64,000 nt of DNA from assembly GCF_003918875.1 (NCBI RefSeq), contig NW_025767035.1:2666001-2730000 (forward strand). The letters run 5' to 3'. Below, one piece after another: positions 1 through 11,375 of this stretch. Position numbers and translations under genes: made by a program. This DNA comes from Haliotis rubra. Lineage: Eukaryota. The notes beneath the pieces are model-generated. The model ran no database searches. It had not been told where the DNA came from and worked only from the letters and a program-made list of their open reading frames with translations. How positions within the stretch are numbered: position 1 is the stretch's first letter; every line of letters begins with the position of its first letter.

Positions 1-162
1 AGCTTACGAGCCACCAAACTAACCAGATATTGTCATTGTGCAGTAATTGTCCTCAGAACTGTTCACAGAGGCAGTGTTATAATGTCTGGGAAATCGTGCA
101 ACATAACACTCTCACTGTCAACATGTCACACACTATTCCATTAATAAGTACATGGATTACGG

Positions 163-269
163 GGCCTAGATTTTCGAAGCTCTCTTAGTGCTAAGATAGT
201 CGTAAGTTAATGTTAATGTATGGCACTTACGACTATCTTAGCGTTAAGAGAGCTTCGAAAATCTAGGCC
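163..269. mobile_element. Palindromic MITE, PIF/Harbinger-like
   Basis: ~45-bp arms GGCCTAGATTTTCGAAGCTCTCTTA.../...TAAGAGAGCTTCGAAAATCTAGGCC. Flanks cgg/ctg fit a mutated CWG TSD. Confidence 0.75.
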
Positions 270-423
270 CTGGAATATATACTGCTCAAAAGATGTTCAA
301 GAACATCTGATTCTTTCATATCACTAAGGTTACGTGTCATTCCGTGACATGATTAACAAAAGACATGATAGTAATGTGAGAGTCAGGTGTTCCTGAACAT
401 GCTCCAGTACTTATTGAAAAGAT

Positions 424-528
424 GATTCCCCACATGGGTACAATGAGTGAAGCCTATTTCTGGTGTCCCCCCGCCTTGATATTGCTGGAATATTGCTAAA
501 AGCAGCATAAAACTAGACTCACTCACTC
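424..528 (+). mobile_element. SINE family A, 5'-truncated
   Basis: Matches the family body and (ACTC)n tail. Confidence 0.85.
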
Positions 529-1940
529 TTGAGAAGAACTGACATTTGGCACTATTTACCATGTTAACATGCTAACCCTGCTTAAAGGCTGCTACCTTTC
601 TTTATTACAGCATATTCTATCTCAGTGTTTAAAGGTATTTGCCTTAGTAGGCACCCTGGGCTCTTACAGTTAGAAACAACAGCAGGGGTTCGTATTAGTG
701 GTGGTCCGATTAATTGAAATAATCGAAGATTGGTCGCAATGACTAAACGACCAAGCAATCAATCATGTTTTCTCATAATCGAACACAAAAGCATTTGGAA
801 CACTTGTTTGTTTTAACAATATGTTTCACAGGGTTGGTTTTGTCTGTTACATTTCAAAAGCACTACAAGCTCGTTCCAAGTCAGGATTGAATTTATCTTA
901 AAGACTCCTGGAAATTTATGTTCCTAACATACTGGTCATCCTTTAAAGATGTAAAATTTGCAAATGCCTTTTGTGCAATTTGCAAAAAAAACTCGATAGA
1001 ACTACATGTTCTTTTTGTGCATTAAAAAACACAACCAGGAAAATTTGATAAATGATGCTAACCAATTATTTGGGATGATTGAGCAGCTGTAATGAACCAA
1101 TCATCAATGTATGAGATTTTAACCAATTCCCAACACTAGTGAATATTTAAACAATACAAGAGTTGAGCTGTCAGAGAATAAAGTAAAGAGAATAATCTTT
1201 TTGCAACATATTTCCATTGATTAGTTGTCAAAATGGATGATCAAGTCCACAACCCATCAGTCGAACAATACTTCATGATCTCTGAATGATTCCTGTTTAA
1301 CTTGCATACCTGTATTTCACAGTAGTTCTACATGTACTGATTGACACAGGTAACACATATACATAACAGAATTGCAGTGAATCATGCATTAAATTGGCAA
1401 TACATCTCAATTAATTAATTCCTATTTTGACTTTGTGCAACATGTTCCAGACTTGGGACTACACAGAACAGATACAAATAGGAAGCCACACTGATGAAAC
1501 AGCATATTAAAAATAATTTTAAAAATTGCCCAAAACAAGCCCAAAGAATGGAACAGAGAAAGTAAAAATACGTAAAATATTCAAAGAAAAACTATCACTA
1601 CCAAATGTGAATGACAACTTATGATTAGATGGCTAAAAAGATTATCTAGAGCTCTTATACCATACCAAAGAAATCACAGACTGTCATATTAAAGAGTGTT
1701 GACTGTACTGAGTGTCAACATAGTTGATACATAGATTACTTGCCGACTGACCTAGAACTGTACAATGGGCACTCATTTGAGTTGGACCGACATGGTGAAT
1801 TTGGTAAGCCCAATTCTAATGACATGATGCCCAAAACAGCCATCCAATCATATTACATTAATCATAATGATCAAGAAAAAGACAGTGCCTAGTTGGTGAT
1901 AAGAAACACGCACTGATGAAGCAGGTAATATAAATTCTGA

Positions 1941-2106
1941 CTGACTGACTGAGTTTGGTTTTACGCCGCTTTTAGCAATATTCCAGCAACATCACGGCGG
2001 GGAACACCAGAAATGGGCTTCACACATCGTACCCATGTAGGGATTCGAACCCGGGTATTCGGCGTGACGAGCCAACACTTTAACCACTACGCTACCCCAC
2101 CGCCCC
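1941..2106 (-). mobile_element. SINE family A (tRNA-Asp-derived), full length
   Basis: A/B-box head with a GTC anticodon-like loop, (AGTC)n tail, TSD ATATAAATTCTGA. Confidence 0.9.
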
Positions 2107-2506
2107 ATATAAATTCTGAAGCATGTTTAGTGTCATTGCACCCGCCTCACACAAAAGTACTGCAGCTTACACTATGTCAATAATGCTGAGGTTTGCAATT
2201 AACAAATGTACTTGGGCGTTCAGTAACCTTCCATTTCTACAGCTTCTTGAAGAGTATAAGAATTAAGTGTTCCTTCAACAGAAAACACTGGATAACATAT
2301 TGTTTCAAACTGCCACCATTTTTTATCTTTTAAACATTCTTTTTCAAACTTCACTTCAAACAAAACGCAAAATATTAAACAGCTATACTAACATGACAGA
2401 CATTCCGAGTTTGGTCAAGTGGTTTCCAAGAAGTATAAGTTATAACACCCTAAAGCTGTGCACAGTGATGAAGAACAGGTCATAATACCCTACACAAACA
2501 TATTAA

Positions 2507-3586
2507 AGGTCACATGCAACCAAAACATCAAACATAAGTAAAACACAATTATCACTTATTCATGACATATAATATACATTGCTCATTATGAAAAAACATA
2601 TAAACAAAATTATAAGCGTACAATCGCAAATCAAAAGTGCAATATTTTGTACTTGGGTGTACTTCCCAAGAAACGAAGCAGCCGGGATACCAAACCCAGT
2701 CAGAGCGGGTGGGTGTGCACTCAAGTGTAACGGCTGGTTCATTTGCAGATGCCCTCACAGCTCATTGGGTGTATATATAGAGATGTTGGGTTTTGTAAAT
2801 ACATGCTCATTTTTTGTGTATAACATTTTACAATCAACAGACATCATAACATGTCATGTGTTCAAGTATCACACCTGCCTGTCTGTGTAATTACGTAACG
2901 TGACAGAGACCGAACTCGGGCCATAAATCATTGTGTTTTGTTTATTCAGTATAGCCTGATAGGTGATAGTTCAATTTGCATGTGGTCAGTGATTGAAGTT
3001 GTGTATTGAATATTGTCATTAGCTGACAGGCAGGCAGACACATAGGTGTCAATAAAACAGACATTGAGTTTTGTCTGTGACAACGACATATCTATATCAC
3101 AGTTAGAAATTCTGTCAATGCTAAACAATGACATTGCTTTAAGTATCGAACTGAGAAAGTGACTCGGTAAGAAGAACGTATGGTGAAATAGACAAATGAA
3201 ATTATATAAACAGTTAAATCGGTAATATACTGTCATAACATATAAAAAGCTCAGGCCTGTGAAATATCAACAAAACATTAGAAAAATAGCTCACACCAAG
3301 CCTTCACCGAGTATTCACTGGACAACCCGCTTCTAATCTGCGCGAACCTATTTCACTGCGCATGTGCTATGACCGCAGCCCAGCCCAGCTGTTGAAACCA
3401 CTTTTCCCCCCAAACGCTGGGGGAAAATTAGTGATTCGTTTGAACTCCGATTTCGCGTGTTTTTTTTCATCACGTTATTTTTCAACTTTATAAGTTGAAT
3501 TTGCATTTTTGATGATTTGTTTCGGTAAGTCCATACCGAAAAGGTATCAGAATCTGCAAAGTTGTGTTTTACGTTGCATGTGACCT
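2507..3586. mobile_element. Non-autonomous Kolobok-like DNA transposon
   Basis: Perfect 14-bp TIRs AGGTCACATGCAAC/GTTGCATGTGACCT with TTAA TSDs (2503-2506, 3587-3590). Purine-purine termini fit Kolobok rather than piggyBac. No transposase ORF. Confidence 0.8.
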
Positions 3587-5141
3587 TTAAGTTAGATATT
3601 TCCATACCAATTAGTCAACGGGTTTCACCTGAACATGTTCAGGTGGTACAAACATACTTTGATCTCTTCGCAAAACATCTTTTATTCATTTTATCTCGTA
3701 TACAGCTTTTGGTATATATGGTGTAGGTATTGAATATTGCAAGCATTCTCTGTAATAAGTGCACTCAAATGCATATATAATGCTTATCATGCAACATCAT
3801 TAATACCCTGATCAGTGAATCAGAGTGCTCTTGAGTTTTACTCAGCTTTCTGGGGAGTATACAACATAAGCTGATTGTGAAGTGCGAGGAGGTTCAAGAT
3901 CACATTATGAGGACCACATACCACCAGGTACCCCTTCACAGCTGGATGAATATCGGAATATCACAAAGCCAACTGCCTATGGTGACACCATATGTGCTCA
4001 AGTGTATGTTAGGACCAAAACCATGTACCACCTCGCAGGTCTGACATATTGACAGCCAATTACGCTAACTATAACAATAACTTTTATGCAATAAATCTCA
4101 TATTACATTGATTTTAATCATACTGCTTTAGAAACTAACTTGTATTTAGCAACAGATGGTTAACATATTGACTTAATCATCATGTGTGGTGTATTATTCA
4201 TGTGTGTTGTTTGCTCATATAATTGGATCTGATCAGCATACTGTGTATATTATTTGGAAATTAATTTTGCTTATCATGTACTTCAAATTCAGGGATCACA
4301 CAAACGTGTGAAAGACCCGAAGGTCATAATGGTCTCCATTTCATGCAGTTTAGCCCTTCATGATGGTTTCACAGACTTTACCATATGTTGTGGTTGATAG
4401 GTACAGATCCATACAGACTTTGTGTGGGCAATGTTGCCCTTGTGTAATTAAAACGTTCATTAATTACTTAGTTGAAAAACAAACAAAAAATTGGGTCAGA
4501 GACATATATGATTGTATTTTTTAGAGACATAAATCATATTTGATAGAACCCAAATCTTACTACCCATTCATATTTAGTACACAGGACAAAATGTTTCACA
4601 ATACTTTATAGATTTTGATCATTACCTTCATTTCAGTCAGAGAACCAGTAGAGTAAACTTTAATAATAATTAAGCCCCTTTGAAGATGTAATGAGATATT
4701 AAATTATTTAGTTTAATCCACTTTCGTCAAAAAACCAAGAATATGATTCAAATAAGGATGTATTTCCGGGTATGTGCTCTCCATATGAGACCCTAGTCCA
4801 GCATATAACTAGACGACTTTGCACTAGATCTATACCAAGGTGTGCTCGATGTAGGCCTTGGCTGGATTACGAGTTTATTCATATGAACTAATCAGACCCT
4901 AGTTTATTATAACCACATTGCAATGTTACAATATCACCACATCTCTTGTTGGCTACTAAACTACATCATCAAGACTTCTCTTTCAAAAGACACGTCACTA
5001 AATAAGAAGTTGTTTTATAGTGTTTATGTGACGAACAGCTCAACGTGCGATCAGACAAAACGCCAGTATTACCGTAAGCTGTCAGGACAGCTGTCGCTGT
5101 TAACAGGTGTCTCATGTCGAACCTTTGGGTGATCCACTTAC

Positions 5142-5225
5142 CGTTCCGCTCGCTTCGTGTGTAGATTTTATCGACAAGCAGATGAGCAAAGATGTAATCC
5201 ACAAGACGCAGTCGTTGTATTTCAT
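5142..5225 (-). CDS. First coding exon of an unidentified secreted or membrane protein (signal peptide MKYNDCVLWITSLLICLSIKSTHEASGT)
   Basis: ATG in good context (GGAAAGATG) after a GC-rich leader. 28 open codons: basic N-terminus, hydrophobic core, polar C-region. Ends at a consensus phase-0 donor ACG|GTAAGT (5136-5141). No downstream exon recognised in 1-5135. Confidence 0.65.
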
Positions 5226-5520
5226 CTTTCCGCCGCCCTAGCCCTACACGCCCGTCTAAGCCAACTGGCTCTCACAGTCTGTCCACACACCAACTTTCCC
5301 AACTTACAACCCACATGACCAGCAGCTAAAGCATTACCGACCGGTAAATGTCTTGACGCTGCTGATTGGCTAGTCGTAACCAATCCAAGATAGTCTTACA
5401 AAGCGTTGGGCCTACCACTTCGGAGAAATAATCCCATTGACTGCTGCGATTTCCAGAAGATTGGCTCGTAATGGGAAAGCAATGTTGAAAGGAAATTGCC
5501 GGGCTAATAGTGGCCTATAC
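5226..5520 (-). promoter_or_regulatory. Putative promoter and 5' UTR of the signal-peptide gene
   Basis: Locally GC/CpG-enriched. CCAAT boxes: CTGATTGGCT ~5362, CCAATC ~5381, GATTGGCT ~5459. GC-box-like CCGCCGCCC at 5230. Confidence 0.5.
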
Positions 5521-6704
5521 TAGGCTAGATAACGACAGTCTGTTTACACAGAACCATGCTCACAGATTAAAAAAAATACATATACAGGTGGTAGGGCAAG
5601 GAAAAGGAAACTGTCCTAAAATCGTACACGTACTGTAATATTTTATTTTGCGTTCCTTGACTAAAGCGATATATTGAACGATATTGCAGCTCTTCTGAAG
5701 GTAACGCAAACGTATTAGATTTAATATGAGTCTAATGAGATAAGGTGATCTGTTCTAAGATAGAGTTGCAATTTTGCTTTACAAGCAAACCATGTTTCAA
5801 ACTAAATAGAATGATCTTGTTAATTAGAAACACGATCATGAAAGTAAAGTTATTTTTAAACCGTTTTCGCACATATTTTTACGTGGACTCTGTCTGGTAC
5901 CTAACGTGTTTGTTGTATAGCTATGGAATATTTCAACATCAGGTTTTTAAAATTTGTATGAAACTCTCGCTTAATAATTGGCCTTATCAGCTTAAAAACA
6001 GCTTACACTACCTCTTCACCGTAGCTATATCAAGGATTCGGAGTTAAAGTATTCAAGTATTTATAGCTTTAAGGCGATTTTACCAACAAATACGGCATTG
6101 TCCAATTTAGATATACAGACTATGCATGTGACTAATTGTACAATACCTGTCATCGTGCTGATGATTTATCGATGATTCATAAAGTACAAAACGTCAGTGC
6201 CAGAGACAATCACTAACGATGATCCAGTCGGCTGCAAAAGGCAATGCACATGTAGTTGGAAAAATTATAGGAATGTTCATACATTGTAATTCTAATTGTA
6301 CAGTGGACACTGCTTATAGTAGGCCTATATACTTTTTATGTTCATAGAAAGGGTTGTGTCGCATTTATTTAATTAGAGCATAATGCTATAGGATTCATGA
6401 ATATTGATAGTGTCTGGAAAATGTATTTTGATAACTATTTCTTTTTCCACATTTCAAACACATCTGTCATCTTAACATTTCGGTATCCACGATAAAGTAT
6501 TCGTAATTGTTTAATTTAAGCCAACATCAACTCAGTTCTTTGCTAACATAGCCTCATCCTGTAGTATATATAGTAGTGTATAGTACGTCTTTCTTGACTG
6601 AAACCTACAATATTTAAAAAAACCTTCACATTCAAATACAATGTATTTTACGTGCGTATTGTATTCTGCTGTGTATTGCCATTGTCAGGTTCCCATTAGA
6701 AGCA

Positions 6705-7245
6705 TTAATACAACTTTGGACCTACCGTGCGTAATACAAATAATACAACATGGGTAGATCATACTGTACGAGTAATACGACAAGGACAAATCATACTGTA
6801 ATATTAATAATACAACATGGGCACACCGTGCATAGCACAAGTTAAACAACATGGGTACACCGTGCATAATACAAGTTATACAACATGGACACACCGTGCA
6901 AAATACAAGTTATACAACATTGGCAACACGCGCATAACACAAGTTATACGTCATTGGTACACCGTGCATAACACAAGTTATACAACATGAGTACACCGTG
7001 CATAATACAAGTTATACAACATCGACACACCGTGCATAATACAAGTTATACAACATCGACACACCGTGCATAATACAAGTTATACAACATGGGCACATAT
7101 AATACTGTAATACAAGTTATACAACAAGGCCACATCGTACATAAATAAAGTAATACAACATTGGCACATCTTACTGTAAAACAAAGAAATACAAGATGAC
7201 AGATGATACTATAATACAAGCTGTGCAACATGGGCACATTGTGCT
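6705..7245. repeat. 34-bp minisatellite
   Basis: Unit AATACAAGTTATACAACATGGGCACACCGTGCAT with degenerate edges. Confidence 0.9.
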
Positions 7246-7399
7246 GTAACAATGTCTCTCTAGAGTAACAACTCTCCACCCTTATCAAGCTAGTGATAAC
7301 GGTTTTAACATCTACACCAAAACTTGTATATATTGTAACAAAGAAGTTGGATATTCATAAAACTATCCCCTTGTGTTAGAATCTCTTTGTACATTTCAA

Positions 7400-7595
7400 C
7401 CGAGGGGTTTTCGGGTTAGAATAGGTCCCCAGCAACTAATTTGTACAACTAATTGAGTAGTGAAGTGCGGTGATCCCGTGCATTGGCTGTTACATCGTAC
7501 CCCCACGGTGTAGGACATCTCCGGACGTCAGTCACTGGATTGTCTGGTTCAGACTCAGCTATTTACAGATCGCCGCATTATTGGTGAAATATCGA
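7400..7595 (+). mobile_element. SINE family B, old degenerate copy
   Basis: CGGGTTAGAATAGG...TCACTGGATTGTCTGGTTCAGACTC..TATTTACAGA. Confidence 0.65.
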
Positions 7596-8505
7596 CGAAT
7601 TAAAAGTTTTTTAATTAAAAATCGTACCATTCACTATTAATATTATTAAATACCATCAACAAACCTTTGTTCTGATCTGATCATCAATTATTCAATCATT
7701 TGCTGCATACAATTTTAGTTGATACAAATGTGTATTCTCACATTTATATTTCTGTAATGCTAAAGTTTCGAGGTATTTCCATCATTTGGATAATGATAAT
7801 GAGTCGTGTTTCAATCACAGCTATATAATACACGGATGTACATTACAGATTAAGAACTAGAATATTTAAACGGTCAAAGTCTAATTTAGCTAATGTCACA
7901 GACATGGTTGAAATGCCAATCACACTTAAGCAGACACTTGGACGAGATCTTCAGAGTAAATGACTTTATGTATCTCCAGTTCCACAAGGCAGACATATAA
8001 AATTCAGATTGTACTCACAAGACTTTCAAACACCCTAGGCGACATTTGGGAACTTGTAAAACTTGGACTCTGAAATTACATTTACATTTAGTTATTAACT
8101 ACCAACCGCTTCTTCTTCTTTGTTTGTATTATGATGTACACTATTTACCATCTAAAGGTACATACCGATACAGTTGGTTTTTTGTACTAACTGCCCAGAA
8201 ACTCAAGGGTAACTTTGACATTAGTCGAAATGAGACCGCCGTAGTGTGAAGGTAGGCATTGCATAAAGTTACATGGAAGTTCGGGATATATTGAAATATC
8301 GAAATGCTGAAATCGATAGACCAAGGTTCATTACCCATCCCCGAACGCCAACCCCCCATCCCCCAACCGCCATAACCCAGCCCCCAAGCGCCATAACCCA
8401 TGCAACCTCATCCCCCAACCGTGTTTTCCGTGAAGAGCAAACAACTCCTAATTGCTAAGGAGTTTACCAGTATAGCCTCATATATGTAAGTCTAAATTAT
8501 ATAGA

Positions 8506-8671
8506 GGGGCGATGGGGTAGCCTAGTGGTTAAAGCGTTGGCTCGTCACGCCGAAGACCCAGGTTCGAATCCCCACATGGGTACAATGTCTGAAGCCCATT
8601 TCTGGTGTCCCCTGCCGTGATGTTGCTGGAATATTGCTAAAAGCGGCGTAAAACCAAACTCAGTCAGTCAG
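8506..8671 (+). mobile_element. SINE family A, full length
   Basis: GGGGCGATGGGGTAGCCTAGTGGTTAAAGCG...GGTTCGAATCCCC, (AGTC)n tail, imperfect TSD GTCTAA..A.ATAGA. Confidence 0.9.
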
Positions 8672-9106
8672 TCTAACTAGATAGAACCTGGTCTTTCCAA
8701 TGTTGGTGATTGCAAACAGGATTTTAGGCGATGTTGCCAGATAAAAAGTGAAACATTTCTCCTGGAAATCTCGGGTAAACTATTTTACAAGCATTTGAGA
8801 AAATATTAGTCTACTTTCGTGGGCTAAAATTAATGAATTACTTATTGAAGTACGATCCGAGTTTGGGCTAAGCTATTTTACAACTGATAATATATGCAAG
8901 CTCTCTGTTTCAAATATTCCCCTAAGCCCAAAGAGAGTTTTTAGGGAACCTTTGTAGACTTCAAGAAGACATTCGGCTTTGTAGACAGTAAGAAGATATT
9001 GCATATGTTATATACTAAAGGATGTGATGGAAAACTGTATTTAATTTGGAGAGCATGTACGAGTCAGTTGCTGCATGAGTGAAAGCTAAATGTGGTATCA
9101 CTGAGG

Positions 9107-9861
9107 CGTTTAACACAATATCAGGTATGCGGTGGGGCTTCGTCCTTAGTCCCATACGTTTAACACAATATCAGGTATGCGATGGGGCTTCGTCCTTAGT
9201 CCCATATGTTTAACACAATACCAGGTGTGCGATGGGACTTCCTCCTTAGTCCCATACGTTTAACACAATATCAGGTGTGCGATGGGACTTCCACCTTAGC
9301 CACATACGTTTAACACAATATCAGGTGTGCGATGGGACTTCCTTCTTAGTCCCATACGTTTAACACAATATCAGGTATGCGATGGGGCTTCGTCCTTAGT
9401 CCCATACGTTTAAAACAATATCAGGTATGCGTTTGGGTTTCGTCCTTCGTCCCATACGTTTAATACAATATCAGGTATGCGATGGGGTTTCGTCCTTAGT
9501 CCCATACGTTTAATACAAAACCAGGTGTGCGATGGGGCTTCGTCCTTTGTCCCATACGTTTAACACAATACCAGGTGTGCGATGAGGCTTTGTCCTTCGT
9601 CCAATACGTTTAACACAATATCAGGTGTGCGATGGGACTTCCACCTTAGCCACATACGTTTAACACAATATCAGGTGTGCGATGGGACTTCCTCCCTAGT
9701 CCCATACTTTTAACACAATATCAGGTGTGCGATTGGGCTTCGTCCTTTGTCCCATACGTTTAACACAATGCCAGGTGTGCGATGGAGCTTCGTCCTTTGT
9801 CCCATACGTTTCCCACAATACCAGGTGTGCGATGGGGCTTCGTCCTTAGTCCCACACGTTT
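9107..9861. repeat. 50-bp minisatellite, ~15 units
   Basis: Unit CGTTTAACACAATATCAGGT(A/G)TGCGATGGGGCTTCGTCCTTAGTCCCATA. Confidence 0.95.
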
Positions 9862-9957
9862 TATTAAGGGAACTTGTTGACGCTATTTATGAGAAATGAA
9901 AAATGGAATACTTGCACCCAAACAAAAAAGCATCTACTTTCACTTTCATTTGGAATT

Positions 9958-10208
9958 GGACCCGTGAAGATCCAGGTTAGAATTGATCTTCAGTAACCCA
10001 TGCCTATCGTAAGAGGCGACTAACCGGATTGGGTGGTCAGGCTCGCTGACTTGGTTGACACATGTCATCGTATCCCAGTTGTGTAGATCGATGCTCATGT
10101 TGTTCATCACTGGATTGTCTGGTCCAGCCTCGATTATTTACAGACCGCCGCCATATATATAGCTGGAATATTGCTGAGTGCGGCGTAAAACTAACCTCAC
10201 CCATTCAC
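9958..10208 (+). mobile_element. SINE family B (no tRNA head, same 3' tail as family A)
   Basis: ACCCGTGAAGATCC...GCTGGAATATTGCTGAGTGCGGCGTAAAAC with TSD TCATTTGGAA (9946-9955, 10209-10218). Confidence 0.85.
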
Positions 10209-11375
10209 TCATTTGGAAATGACGAAGTTATGTTTTCCTACACAGTGAAAGGTGAAAATAAACTACTGAACACCCTGAAGCAGTTGTGTTACACCTGAAG
10301 TCTAGAGCTTATGCTAGACAAATGAAATATAATTGTATCCTATTTTAAATATTTCAGTTTAATATTTTGATATGAACTTGCTATGGCTCAGGGTTTGCGA
10401 GGCAGTCTACCGTGTTCGCTTGACATCAGCTAATCAGCTCATGTTACCAGGTAAGTAAGGTAGGTGGTCGAATGGACAAACAGATTCCAGTATTGAAAGT
10501 TACCCACAGTTTGCATATCCTCCAGATGTGAAACGGAAGATTCTCCAAATACTAATCGAAGTATATTAATTTCCGAGCGATTTCCAATTTGCAAGTTCAG
10601 TTTGATTCATCAATTTACACGAACAAATTAATAACTATCTATTTCTCTTCTCAGCAAATGAAAATTCCTGCCCTGATTTGATATTTGATCTTCCTAGCCA
10701 TACATGAAATTGATCTTCCTTACCATACACAGATAAATGGAATGTCGAAATCGTGTTCGGCTTGATCCGAGCTAATTACACTTCGCAAACAGGTATTATT
10801 ACCATATACATTTGCTGACATATGAAGCATTGCAATTCAGAATGATAAGAAACTACCTCAAGATTGTATGGTTTTTTTATATCACATTTTACAACTTTAA
10901 ATAGATCATGCTCTTCCTCAGCAGATTTCAAATAGCGTCACATGATCACAGTTGTTTGATCAACAACACACTGTGCAAGATGCTGTCATCATCATGAAGA
11001 TAAATGGTCAGATAATATAGTTTTTCATTCCTGTTTTTAGATTTTTTATATTTAAGACGCACCTGTGACGTCTGATGTTTAAAGCATCCAAGGTTTGACA
11101 CGAATGAAGAGGTGATTGTAAAATTGGACTTCTAAAGGTTGGCGAGTTAATGCGAAATCATAATTATGACTTATTGAAAAACAACATTTTTGTTGCATAA
11201 GGGGACGTTTCTGTGATGATGCCCACACTGGTATCAAACTGTTGTAATGGACATTAAGTTGTCAGTTTGCACGTTTGGATTCCAACTGTGTGCTTTGACT
11301 ATCGAGTAAATAATTCCAAATTTTGTCAAAACGGCGACAAGTGACTGAGAGTTGTGTGCAGTGAATTTCACCACA

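Noticed and set aside
3850-4045. Possible exon 2 of the signal-peptide gene
   Set aside because: Poor acceptor and an in-frame stop in the required phase.
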